The position numbers and the translations under genes are program-made. Shown here piece after piece: positions 28,120 through 37,203 of a stretch of 64,000 nt of DNA. The notes beneath the pieces are model-generated. The model was not told the DNA's origin, did not search any database, and was given only the letters and a program-made list of their open reading frames with translations. This DNA is from Candidatus Limnocylindria bacterium (GTDB lineage: Bacteria; Chloroflexota; Limnocylindria; P2-11E): NCBI GenBank assembly GCA_038227105.1, contig JBBRQB010000003.1, positions 1,054-65,053 on the forward strand, written 5' to 3'. The number at the start of each line of letters is the position of its first letter. The stretch's first letter is position 1.

Positions 28120-28865
28120 GCCGCGCGCAGCCGCTCCACGCGGATGTCCGCCGCGACGAGCGCCGCCCGGGCGGCGTGCAGGATGTTCGGCGCCCCGGGC
28201 GTATCGCCGTGGACGCACAGCGTATCGACCGCCTGCTCCAGGAAGGTACCGTCGTGCGCGCGCACCCCGCCGTCGAGCATGAACGACACGGCCTGCGCCG
28301 CCGCGCGCGCGGGATCGGTGATCAGGGAGTGCTCGAGCGTGCGCAAGCGCAGCGCGCCGTTCGGCTCGTAAGCGCGATCGATGAACCCCTCACGAGCGAC
28401 GCGGATGCCCGCCGCGCGGCCGGCCCGCTCGAGCGCGGAACCTGGGAAGACGAACAGGATGAGGTCGCGCGCGCTCCGCTCCATCGCGCGCACGATCGCG
28501 GCCGCAACGACCTCGTCGTGCTGCGCCGCGTTGTAGAGCGCGCCATGCCCCTTCACGTGGGTGACCGGTACGCCTTCGGAGCCAGCGATGGCGGTCAGTG
28601 TCTCGATCTGCGCGACCAGATCGGCGACGAGCTCAGCGGCCGGAACGTCGAGCGGCTTGCGCCCGAAGTTCGCCGGGTCGCGGTAGCCGGGATGCGCACC
28701 GACGCCGACGCCGCTGGCCTTCGCGAGCACGATCGCCTCGCGCATCGATCGCTCGTCGCCGGCGTGTGCTCCGCAGGCGATGTTCGCCGACGTGATGAGC
28801 GGCATGATCGCGGCCTCGGTGCCGGCGCCTTCGCCGAGATCGGAGTTCAGGTCGATGGTCACCAC
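28116..28865 (-). CDS. pxpA: 5-oxoprolinase subunit A (LamB/YcsF family)
   Basis: IDLNSDLGEG...NIACGAHAGD signature. GTG start. Confidence 0.85.
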   Translation of the reverse strand: MVTIDLNSDLGEGAGTEAAIMPLITSANIACGAHAGDERSMREAIVLAKASGVGVGAHPGYRDPANFGRKPLDVPAAELVADLVAQIETLTAIAGSEGVPVTHVKGHGALYNAAQHDEVVAAAIVRAMERSARDLILFVFPGSALERAGRAAGIRVAREGFIDRAYEPNGALRLRTLEHSLITDPARAAAQAVSFMLDGGVRAHDGTFLEQAVDTLCVHGDTPGAPNILHAARAALVAADIRVERLRAA

Positions 28866-28874
28866 GGCAGGACG

Positions 28875-28915
28875 CTAGAGGAAAACGAGCGGCCCGGGGT
28901 TCATCCCCGGGCCGC
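28875..28915 (-). terminator. Intrinsic terminator of hppA: 11-bp GC stem (GCGGCCCGGGG/CCCCGGGCCGC), 5-nt loop, then TCGTTTTCC on the transcribed strand
   Basis: Perfect inverted repeat 28889-28899 / 28905-28915. T-tract downstream with respect to the minus-strand gene. Confidence 0.6.
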
Positions 28916-28967
28916 GAGAACCACCAGTCTTGAGCCCTGCCAGCGAGGCCGAAGGCCGAGCTTGCAG

Positions 28968-31121
28968 TTAAACGAACAAGGGGGCGAGAACGAGGGTGAT
29001 CGTCGCGAGGAGCTTGATGAGGACGTGCAGGCTCGGGCCGGCGGTGTCCTTGAACGGGTCGCCGACCGTGTCGCCGACGACCGCCGCCGCGTGCGCCAGG
29101 GTGCCCTTACCGAGGACGTTCCCGGCGTCATCCTTCAGCATGCCCGACTCGATGTACTTCTTGGCGTTGTCCCACGCGCCACCACCGTTGTTGAGGACGG
29201 TGGCGAGGATCACGCCGGCCATGGTGCCGACCATGAGCAGGGCCGCCTCGGCCTCCGCCTTCAGGAGCACGCCGACGATGATCGGGGTGATGATCGCGAT
29301 GACCCCCGGCGGGATCATGTTCCTGAGCGCGGACTGCGTGGTCAGGTCCACGACGCGCGCGTAGTCCGGGCGGGTCGTGCCGGCCATGATGCCGGGGTCC
29401 TCGCGGAACTGGCGGCGGACCTCTTCGATGATCGCGCTGGCGGACTTGCCGACCGCGCGGATCGCGAGCGACGAGAAGAAGTAGACGAGCATCGCGCCGA
29501 TGAGGCCGCCGATGAAGACGTCGACCTTGGCGAGGTTGACCGTATCGAACGGCTTGCCGGTGATCTGCGCGACCTTGTCCAGGTAGGCGGAGAACAGGAG
29601 GAACGCGGCAAGGGCCGCGGATGCGACCGCGTAGCCCTTGGTGAGCGCCTTCGTGGTGTTGCCGACCGCGTCGAGGCGGTCGGTGCGCTCGCGGGTCTCC
29701 TCGGACGCGCCGGACATCGAGGCGACGCCACCGGCGTTGTCGGTGATCGGGCCGAAGGTGTCCATCGCGAGGATGAACGCCGCGCTCATGAGCATGCCCA
29801 TGGTCGCGACGGCCGTGCCGTAGATGCCACCGTGCGGCAGGCCGGTCTCGGTGCCCCAGCGGTCACCGAGCCAGTGCGACGCGAACAGCGCGATGGCGAT
29901 CGTGATGACCGAGGAGAACGTGGTCTCGAAGCCGACCGCGAGGCCGGAGATGATCGTGGTCGCTGGGCCGGTCTTGGCCGCCTCAGCGATCTCCTTGACC
30001 GGACGCCACGAGCCCGACGTGTAGTACTGGGTGATGAAGACGAACGCGACGCTCGTCAGGATGCCGACGATGCCGGCGCCGGCGAAGTAGTACCAGCCGC
30101 CCTTCTCGTTGAGCATCAGGTAGGTCACGAGGATCATGGCGAGCGCCGAGAGGCTCGCGGTGATGTAGTAGCCGATGTTGAGCGAGCCCATCGGGTCGCG
30201 CGTCTCGCTGCCGCGCACGGTGAAGATGCCGATGACGCTCGCGACGAGGCCGAAGCCACGCACAACGAGCGGGAAGAGGATCCAGGCGACGTTGTGCGTG
30301 ACCGCGAAGATCGCGACGCCGAGGATCATCGCGCCGATGTTCTCGGCCGCGGTGGACTCGAAGAGGTCCGCGCCACGACCGGCGCAGTCACCGACGTTGT
30401 CGCCGACGAGGTCGGCGATGACGCCCGCGTTCCGCGGGTCGTCCTCGGGAATGCCCGCCTCGATCTTGCCGACGAGGTCGGATCCGACGTCTGCCGCTTT
30501 CGTGTAGATACCGCCGCCGAGCTGTGCGAACAGCGCGACGAACGACGCGCCGAAGCCGAAGCCGACGATCGTGAACGGTGCCTGCTCGGGGTGCGCGAAG
30601 CCGCCGTAGGCGACGAACATCACGAACACACCGATGAGCGAGAGACCGACGACGAGGATGCCGGAGACCGCTCCGCCACGGAGCGAGATGCGCAGTGCGT
30701 CCGCGACGCTGTGCTGAGCCGCCGCAGCCGTGCGGAGGTTGGACTTCACCGCGACGAACATGCCGACGATCCCTGAGGCCATCGAGCAGGCCGCGCCCAC
30801 GAGGAACGCGATGCCCGTCTTGATCGCGAGCTCCGCCGGGCTCGTGCCGGGTGCCGTTTCGAAGAAGTAGATGACGAGCGAGATGACGACGGTGCCGCCG
30901 ACCGCGAGGATCGCGATGGTGCGGTACTGGCGGTTGATGAAGGCGACCGCGCCTTCGTAGATGGCGCCGGCGACTTCCTGCATCGCGGGGGTGCCGGTGT
31001 CGGAGCCAAGAACGTCGTACGCGAAGTAGGCGGCCACCGCGACGGCGACCAGACCGGAGATCGGGACGATCCAGAGAAGCGGGTTGGCGGCAAAGGCGTC
31101 CAAGGGCGCGCGTCCTCCCAT
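28968..31121 (-). CDS. hppA: Membrane-bound H+-translocating pyrophosphatase, K+-independent type
   Basis: GDNVGDCAGRGADLFES motif. GNTTKA has Lys at the A/K position, which marks K+ independence. About 16 TM helices. Confidence 0.9.
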   Translation of the reverse strand: MGGRAPLDAFAANPLLWIVPISGLVAVAVAAYFAYDVLGSDTGTPAMQEVAGAIYEGAVAFINRQYRTIAILAVGGTVVISLVIYFFETAPGTSPAELAIKTGIAFLVGAACSMASGIVGMFVAVKSNLRTAAAAQHSVADALRISLRGGAVSGILVVGLSLIGVFVMFVAYGGFAHPEQAPFTIVGFGFGASFVALFAQLGGGIYTKAADVGSDLVGKIEAGIPEDDPRNAGVIADLVGDNVGDCAGRGADLFESTAAENIGAMILGVAIFAVTHNVAWILFPLVVRGFGLVASVIGIFTVRGSETRDPMGSLNIGYYITASLSALAMILVTYLMLNEKGGWYYFAGAGIVGILTSVAFVFITQYYTSGSWRPVKEIAEAAKTGPATTIISGLAVGFETTFSSVITIAIALFASHWLGDRWGTETGLPHGGIYGTAVATMGMLMSAAFILAMDTFGPITDNAGGVASMSGASEETRERTDRLDAVGNTTKALTKGYAVASAALAAFLLFSAYLDKVAQITGKPFDTVNLAKVDVFIGGLIGAMLVYFFSSLAIRAVGKSASAIIEEVRRQFREDPGIMAGTTRPDYARVVDLTTQSALRNMIPPGVIAIITPIIVGVLLKAEAEAALLMVGTMAGVILATVLNNGGGAWDNAKKYIESGMLKDDAGNVLGKGTLAHAAAVVGDTVGDPFKDTAGPSLHVLIKLLATITLVLAPLFV

Positions 31122-31271
31122 TGAGCGTTAGGTCACCAGGCGTTCGACCACAAAAAGAGAGCGCCCGCCCCGACGGAGGGGGCTGCAGCGCTGCCACGAA
31201 TAGTAGCCAGGGCCTGCCGGGCGCGCAAATCTGACCGAGACCGATGAACGGCGCGAGCCAGAGCGGGTATC

Positions 31272-31565
31272 GTGGGATCGATGCCACCGCAGAAAGCCTC
31301 CAAGTCAGCCCCGAAGGCGGATGCCAGCGAGAAGGCGAAGAGCGCCGACCGCGACTGGCTGACGACCGCCGAGCTCGCCGCGAAGATCGGCTGGCGGGAG
31401 CACGCGCTGCGGGACGCCCTCCGTGGCAAGGACCTGCCGGGCGTGCGGCGCACCTCGTTCGGCTACCACATCGACGCGAGCGCCGTGGACCAGATCAAGA
31501 CCACCCTCGGCCCACCGCCCCCCAAGGGGAACAGCAGCCTCAAGAAGGAAGCGAAGCCGAACTAG
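31272..31565 (+). CDS. Small Lys/Ala/Pro-rich hypothetical protein (histone-tail-like termini). Possible nucleic-acid-binding protein.
   Basis: KASKSAPKADASEKAKSA N-terminus and KKEAKPN C-terminus. Central DWLTTAELAAKIGW. ATG start. Confidence 0.4.
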   Translation: MGSMPPQKASKSAPKADASEKAKSADRDWLTTAELAAKIGWREHALRDALRGKDLPGVRRTSFGYHIDASAVDQIKTTLGPPPPKGNSSLKKEAKPN

Positions 31566-31575
31566 TCGCTTCCTT

Positions 31576-31992
31576 CTAGAGCTTCACCACCCCGAGCTGC
31601 TGCATCTGGCCGAGCGTGTCGTAGCTCGCGTGGATCTCGGTGATCTTCCCGTCCTGCACCCGGAACGTGTCGATGCCGGTGACCGCGAACGCCTCGCCCG
31701 TCGGCAGCAGACCCATGACCGTGCTCTGGAACGTTCCGCGCATCACGAACCGGACAGCGACCCGCTCGCCGTCGGTGAACAGCTCCTGAAGATCGAACCG
31801 GAGATCGGGGAAGGCTTCACCGAGCTGCACGGCAAAGTTCTGGAATTCCCGCTTCCCGCGCAGGACGTCGCCGTTGGCAGTGGTGAACACCACGTCGGGC
31901 GCGAGGATCTCGTCGGCGGCCGCCACGTCGACCTTGACCATGATGTCGTCGAAGCAGCGGCGCGCGATCGCGATCGGGTCCTGACTGATCAA
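31576..31992 (-). CDS. SnoaL-like / NTF2-like (ester cyclase family) protein
   Basis: IARRCFDDIM...APDVVFTTANGDV...TFRVQDGKITEIHASYD. TTG start assumed 17 nt after the rpoN stop. Confidence 0.55.
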   Translation of the reverse strand: MISQDPIAIARRCFDDIMVKVDVAAADEILAPDVVFTTANGDVLRGKREFQNFAVQLGEAFPDLRFDLQELFTDGERVAVRFVMRGTFQSTVMGLLPTGEAFAVTGIDTFRVQDGKITEIHASYDTLGQMQQLGVVKL

Positions 31993-32008
31993 GGCGAGCC
32001 GGAGGTCG

Positions 32009-33451
32009 TCAGGCGCGCTTGCGCAGCCTGGCGGGCAGGATCTGCAGCTCCTCGCGGTACTTCGCGACGGTCCGGCGCGCGAGGATGATCCCGTGGTCGT
32101 TGCGTAGCTTTTCGACGATCTCCTGATCGGAGTGCGGATGGCCGCGGTCCTCGGCATCGATGATGTTCTTGATCACGTCCTTCGTGCCGAGCGAGGCGGT
32201 GAAGAACAGGGAGAACGGGACGACCTGGCCGGCAGGAAGCAGCACGTACTTGCCGGCGGTCGCGCGGCTCACGGTGGACTCGTGCATGCCGATCCGCTCG
32301 CCGACCTCGGCGCGCGTGAGCGGGCGCAGGCTCTGGATGCCCTTCTCGAGGAAGTCGTTCTGGCATTCGACGATGACCTGGGTGATGCGCGCCATCGTCT
32401 GGCGGCGCTGGTTGATGTTGTCGATGAAGAACTTGGCGCGCGTGACGTACTCGCGGATGTGCTGCTTCTCTTTGTCGTCCATCGTCGGCGCTTCGATCTT
32501 CGCACTTCGGGCGGCCTGGATCTGGCCGACGAGCTGGCGGTAGACGGGGTTGACCTTGAGCGAGAAGCGGCGTGACTCGATGACCTCGACCTCGAACGCG
32601 TTCTGCTCGTTCTTGACGATGATCACGTCGGGTCGCAGCGCGACCTGCCTACCCCCGATGCTGGTCCCGTCCGGTCCGGCCGCGAACGCCTGCGCCGGGT
32701 ACGGGTTCAGGTTGTCCTTGATGTAGTCCCACGCGGCCTGGACCTCTTCGCGCGAGATCCGCAACGCCTGCGCGACGTCACCGAACTTGTGCTCGCCGAG
32801 CGCGCGGAAGTGCTCGGCGACGATCGCCCGCGCGTGCGGCGGGACGGGCTCCCCCGCCTCCGCGAGATGCGTCATCTGGATGAGCAGGCACTCCTGGATG
32901 TCGCGCGCGCCGAGGCCCCAGGGCTCGATGGACTGGATCGTCCGCAGCACGCGGTCGGCGTCCTCGACCGATACCTGGCAGGCCTTGGCCGCGTCCTCGA
33001 GGGTGCCCTCGAGGTAGCCGTTGTCGTTGAGGTTCCCGATCAGGTACTCCGCGGTGAAATGGAGCCGTTTGGGCAGCAGCACTCGGACGTTCCAGGAGAG
33101 GTACTCCGCGAGGGTCTGCTCGGCTTCGGCCCGCACGATCGGGTCGAACTCGTCGCCCTCCTCCTCGTCACGCGCGAGGAGGCTGGTGCCTTCGAGCGGC
33201 TCGGCGTCGCTGTATTGCTCCGCGGCACCGGCCTTCCCGGCGCCGAAGCAGTTGAGGCACACGCGCCCGGTCAGCGGCAGGCCGCACAACGGGCAGACCT
33301 GCGCTTCCTCCAGATCGAGTGCCGGGTTCTCCTCGAGCTCCTGATTGATGACGTCCTGGAGCTCCAGCGAAGACAGCTGGAGGATGTAGTTGGCGGCGAT
33401 CTGCTTCGGTGTGACCTTGAGCGTCTGTTGTGGGAGGAGCCGCAGATCCAC
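32009..33451 (-). CDS. rpoN: RNA polymerase sigma-54 factor
   Basis: RpoN box ARRTVAKYRE. N-terminal Gln/Leu-rich region VDLRLLPQQTLKVTPKQ. GTG start at 33451 chosen to match the canonical N-terminus. Confidence 0.85.
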   Translation of the reverse strand: MDLRLLPQQTLKVTPKQIAANYILQLSSLELQDVINQELEENPALDLEEAQVCPLCGLPLTGRVCLNCFGAGKAGAAEQYSDAEPLEGTSLLARDEEEGDEFDPIVRAEAEQTLAEYLSWNVRVLLPKRLHFTAEYLIGNLNDNGYLEGTLEDAAKACQVSVEDADRVLRTIQSIEPWGLGARDIQECLLIQMTHLAEAGEPVPPHARAIVAEHFRALGEHKFGDVAQALRISREEVQAAWDYIKDNLNPYPAQAFAAGPDGTSIGGRQVALRPDVIIVKNEQNAFEVEVIESRRFSLKVNPVYRQLVGQIQAARSAKIEAPTMDDKEKQHIREYVTRAKFFIDNINQRRQTMARITQVIVECQNDFLEKGIQSLRPLTRAEVGERIGMHESTVSRATAGKYVLLPAGQVVPFSLFFTASLGTKDVIKNIIDAEDRGHPHSDQEIVEKLRNDHGIILARRTVAKYREELQILPARLRKRA

Positions 33452-33470
33452 GTGTCTTACGTTACCGCAG

Positions 33471-35246
33471 ATGGTCGTGACGGCTGAGCTTCCGCTCATC
33501 GCTGCCGCCGCGGGGCTGGCTCTCGTCGCGCTGTCGCTGTTCCTCGGGCCGCGCTCGGCGACTGCGCGGCGCATCGCCGTGTTCTTCGCGGTGGCCGCGA
33601 CGGTGACGCCGCTGCTCCTCGCCGCGCTGATCGACCCGGCGCATGCGGCGGGACAGGCGCTCTGGGAGTGGTCGGCGGCGGGCGGACCGACCGTCCAAGC
33701 GAGCTACCGGTTCGACGGGATCGCCGCGGTGGCTGTCGCGGTCGGCGCGGCGTACGGCGGCGCGGGGCTCTTCGGCGCCGCTCGGGCGGCAGAACGTCAT
33801 CCCCTGCTGCCCGGAGCGATCCTCGCGCTGAGCCTCGTGTTCGTCGCGCTCGCGGTGACAGAGGATCTCATCGCCGGAGCCGTCGTCCTCGGACTGCTCG
33901 CCGCCATCACCATCCTCGCAACGCTCGCCGTCTCACCGCTGCCGGCATCGACGCGGCTGGCGGCGTACCTCGCCGTCGGGATCCAGTTCTTCGTGCTCGC
34001 GGCCCTGCTCATCTCGCGCCATGGCGGTGCCTCGTTCCGGTTCGACACGATCGTCCCTGGAGCGATCAGCCCGGGCTCCATCCTCGCCGCCTCCATCGGC
34101 GCGGCATTGTTCGCCGGCCTCTATCCATTCATCCCCTGGCGTTTCCGGTCGCAGCTTCGCGCACCGTCGCTCGAGCGTCTGCGCGGGGTGGTGACGATGC
34201 CCGCGGGCGTCGCGGCGACGCTGCTGCTGCTCCGCTTGCTGGGTACCACCCGCGATGACGTCGCGGCCATCGCACTGCCGGACCTCCCGCTCGCTCTTCG
34301 TCTGGCGATCGCGCTCCTCGCGATCGCGACCGCCGGCTGGATCGGATACCGGCGGCGCGGGCTGCCACCGCGCGCAACGTCGATCGCGGGGATCATCGTG
34401 CTGCTGCTGTTCGCGTATCCCGCCCTGCACTGGTCGCACCTGATCCTTGTCGCGGCCCTGCTCAGCGTCCTCTACGCGGCGGTCGTGTCGCTCGGGCTTC
34501 CCGAGCAGTGGGACGTGGTGCGCTACGACGTCACCCTCAGTGCGTTCTGGATCGCCCTCGCGATCGGGACACCGGCGGCGATCGCGGGTGGCCTTTTCAT
34601 CCTCGTCGCGGACGCGGCGACCGCGCTCGCGGAGGCGGTGTGGGAGCCTCCGCACGGGGGCTTCGTGCTCGTCATCGCGGGGTCCGCTGCCACCGTGACC
34701 GGACTGGTCGTCATCTTCGCAGGGTCGCTCGAGGCGACGGACCGCGGCGCACAGGGCCTCGCGATCGCCGGCCTGCTCACGATCGCGGCGCTCGTGCTGG
34801 TGCACGTCGGGCGACGCATCGACCTCACCGAGGTGCCGCTCTACCTCGACGGTCTCTCGGCGGCCGTCGCCGCCGGTACCTGCGCCCTCCTCGGGCTCCT
34901 CGTGTCGGTACCCGTGTACCAGGGCGTGACCGCGACGTTCGGCCGGCCGTTCGCGCCCGCGATCGCGACGCCCCTGGGATTCCCCGCCGCGATCGCGATC
35001 GCGACGCTGCTCGTGATCGTCGCGCGCTCGCTGCGACCATTCGTGCCGGAGCTCGCGCCGTTCGCGGAGCGGCTGCGCTCGTTCATCGCGATCGCGGATC
35101 CGGTGCCCGCGGGACACGCCGCCTTCGGCGCGCTCGACGCGGTCGCGTCGCGGACCACGTCGACGTTCAACCTGTTCGAACAGCGCGCCGGCATCTGGCT
35201 CGCGACCATCCTCATCATCGCGCTGCTCGTCTGGTCCGTCCGCTAA
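33471..35246 (+). CDS. NuoL/MrpA-like proton-conducting-membrane-transporter family protein (degenerate, lysine-free)
   Basis: N-terminal domain QALWEWSAAGGPTVQASYRFDGIAAV matches NuoL PLWTWMSVGDF...LDGLS. At least 14 TM helices. No Lys at all, and no GWEG Glu. Confidence 0.6.
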   Translation: MVVTAELPLIAAAAGLALVALSLFLGPRSATARRIAVFFAVAATVTPLLLAALIDPAHAAGQALWEWSAAGGPTVQASYRFDGIAAVAVAVGAAYGGAGLFGAARAAERHPLLPGAILALSLVFVALAVTEDLIAGAVVLGLLAAITILATLAVSPLPASTRLAAYLAVGIQFFVLAALLISRHGGASFRFDTIVPGAISPGSILAASIGAALFAGLYPFIPWRFRSQLRAPSLERLRGVVTMPAGVAATLLLLRLLGTTRDDVAAIALPDLPLALRLAIALLAIATAGWIGYRRRGLPPRATSIAGIIVLLLFAYPALHWSHLILVAALLSVLYAAVVSLGLPEQWDVVRYDVTLSAFWIALAIGTPAAIAGGLFILVADAATALAEAVWEPPHGGFVLVIAGSAATVTGLVVIFAGSLEATDRGAQGLAIAGLLTIAALVLVHVGRRIDLTEVPLYLDGLSAAVAAGTCALLGLLVSVPVYQGVTATFGRPFAPAIATPLGFPAAIAIATLLVIVARSLRPFVPELAPFAERLRSFIAIADPVPAGHAAFGALDAVASRTTSTFNLFEQRAGIWLATILIIALLVWSVR

Positions 35247-35830
35247 TGGTCTACCTCGGGCTCATCGCGCTCACAACGCTTCTGGCGAACGGCGCCACGC
35301 GCCTCCGCTATATCGCCGTCGCGTTCGTTGGCGTCGCGGCGATCGCATCCCTCATCGTGTCCGCGTCAGCGAGCGCGCCACAGGTCGCGGTGACCGCCGC
35401 GGCTGGCCTCGCGTCGGCCGGGATCCTGTTCGTCGCGGCGCGCGACCGCAGCTATGGCGAGGATCCGGGATGGCGCCTGTGGCTGGGCACGTTCACCGCC
35501 GCGATCGTCACGCCGATCGCCTACGCATCGTTCCGCACGATCACCGGCGAGACCGCGACGCTGCCCCTGTTCCAGGACGGCTCCGGGATCATCGCCGAGG
35601 TCTCGGGCGTGTGGCTCCTCTCGAGCGGCGTCGCCGTGATGCTCACCGCACGGAGCGCGGTCCGGGTCTCGCTCGCGGCCCTCCTGCTCGTCACCGGCGT
35701 GCAAATCCTCGCGCGCCTGGTTCCCGAACAGCACCTCGCCATCACGCTCGCGATCTCGTGGCTCGAGGTCGTCGTCGCGCTCGCGGGCGCGTTCCTGATC
35801 ATCAACGAGCGCGCCGTGCTCGACGGATGA
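35246..35830 (+). CDS. Small polytopic membrane protein, NuoJ/NuoK (MrpC)-like
   Basis: TAATG overlap with the upstream gene. N-terminus resembles NuoJ. C-terminus ISWLEVVVALAGAFLI resembles the NuoK TM3 Glu helix. Confidence 0.45.
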   Translation: MVYLGLIALTTLLANGATRLRYIAVAFVGVAAIASLIVSASASAPQVAVTAAAGLASAGILFVAARDRSYGEDPGWRLWLGTFTAAIVTPIAYASFRTITGETATLPLFQDGSGIIAEVSGVWLLSSGVAVMLTARSAVRVSLAALLLVTGVQILARLVPEQHLAITLAISWLEVVVALAGAFLIINERAVLDG

Positions 35831-37185
35831 CCGTCGCCGCGCCCGCGATCCTGCTCGCGATCGCCGCCGTCGCGTCCTTCGGCCTGCGCAAGCGGCTCGC
35901 CGAGGTCGCCTGGCTCAGCCTGGCCGCACTGTTCGTGGCCTTCGTCCTGGTGAGCGTCACGCCCGTCGACACGACCGCGCGGCTGTTCGACCTCGATCTC
36001 CGCGCGACCGCTCTCGGCCGGCTCGCCGGACTGTTCGTCCTCCTGATCGTTGCGGCGCTGCTGCTCGACGTGTATGTGAGCGAGCCGGCGTACAACTTCT
36101 TCCCGACCGCGCTCGCCGTCGGGAGCGTGTCGCTCGCAGCGCTCGTCGTGACCTCGCCGGTGATCATCTTCGCGCTGGTGCTGGCCGGCCTCTTGTTCCC
36201 CGTCGGGTCCTTCACCTACCAGGTCCATCGCAACCGCAGCGTCGAGGCGGCGGTCCGGCACTTCTCCTTCGTCGTCCTGGGCGGCTGCCTCGGCCTCGGC
36301 GCGCTGGCGCTCGCCGCGAGCCTGCCGAAGGATCAGCCCGCCAACACGCTCGTCCTGCTGGTGGTCCTCCTGTTCGTCGCCTTCGCGTTGATGCTCGCCG
36401 CCATCCCGTTCCACAGCCATGCCGCACTGCTCGCCGGCGAGGCGCCCGCGGCCGCGCTCGCGCTGTACTTCGGGGTCCTCGTCCCGATCACGTTCATTGC
36501 GTTCGCCGAGATCCTCGCCGGGAGCGGCCTCCTGCCCGCGATCGTGCAGGTCGCAAAGGTCCAGGACCTCCTGCTGGGCATCGGGCTCACCTCGGCACTC
36601 GGCGGCGCGCTGCTCGCGGCAGGCGCGAACGATCTTCGCCGGCTCGTCGTCTACGCGGTGATCTCGAACCTCGGGTCGGCGCTCGTCGGCATTGCGACAT
36701 TGTCCGGACCGGGGATCATCGGCGGCATCGCGATCGCTCTCGTCACCGGCGCCTGCGCCACCCAGCAGCTCCTCGCGGCCGGCACGCTCGAGCGCCGCGC
36801 GGCCGGCGCACGTCCGAACGTGACGCACGCCCCGCTCGCGGCGGGTGCGTTCATCGCCGGCGGCATCGCGATGATCGGCGCACCGCCGCTGGTGAGCTTC
36901 CCCGGGCACTTCTTCGTCGACCTCATCGCCTATTCCGTATCGGGGGCCGCCGGCAGCGTCCTCGTCGCGGCCGCGGTGCTCCTCCTCATCGCGCAGCTGC
37001 GCGCGGGTGTCAGCCTTTTCGCGGGATCGCCCGAAGGCTGGCGCATCGAGCCACGGCCCGTGGCGGGTATCCTCGGCGGGATCATCTTCCTGGCGCTGCT
37101 CGCGGGAGGCATCACGCCCGACGCGTTCCTGCAGCCGATCGCGGCGTTCGCGGACGAGTTCCTGAAGGCGCTGCGCCCCCTCTAG
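35827..37185 (+). CDS. NuoN/MrpD-like antiporter-family membrane protein (degenerate)
   Basis: PF00361-like VVYAVISNLGSALVGIA (compare AYSSISHLGY) and AAIPFHSH (compare LVPFHLW). The TM5 Glu and TM7/TM12 Lys are replaced by Ala, Met or His. ATGA overlap. Confidence 0.6.
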   Translation: MTVAAPAILLAIAAVASFGLRKRLAEVAWLSLAALFVAFVLVSVTPVDTTARLFDLDLRATALGRLAGLFVLLIVAALLLDVYVSEPAYNFFPTALAVGSVSLAALVVTSPVIIFALVLAGLLFPVGSFTYQVHRNRSVEAAVRHFSFVVLGGCLGLGALALAASLPKDQPANTLVLLVVLLFVAFALMLAAIPFHSHAALLAGEAPAAALALYFGVLVPITFIAFAEILAGSGLLPAIVQVAKVQDLLLGIGLTSALGGALLAAGANDLRRLVVYAVISNLGSALVGIATLSGPGIIGGIAIALVTGACATQQLLAAGTLERRAAGARPNVTHAPLAAGAFIAGGIAMIGAPPLVSFPGHFFVDLIAYSVSGAAGSVLVAAAVLLLIAQLRAGVSLFAGSPEGWRIEPRPVAGILGGIIFLALLAGGITPDAFLQPIAAFADEFLKALRPL

Positions 37186-37203
37186 AGCGCCGCACGTACG
37201 CCG

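Noticed and set aside
28176-30776. 866-aa plus-strand ORF antisense to pxpA and hppA
   Set aside because: GC-driven open frame, highly Arg/Asp/Gly-rich. hppA on the other strand has canonical PPase motifs.
31244-31579. Alternative 111-aa frame overlapping the small Lys-rich ORF
   Set aside because: Arg-rich low-complexity frame. The 31272 ATG frame has the more protein-like composition.
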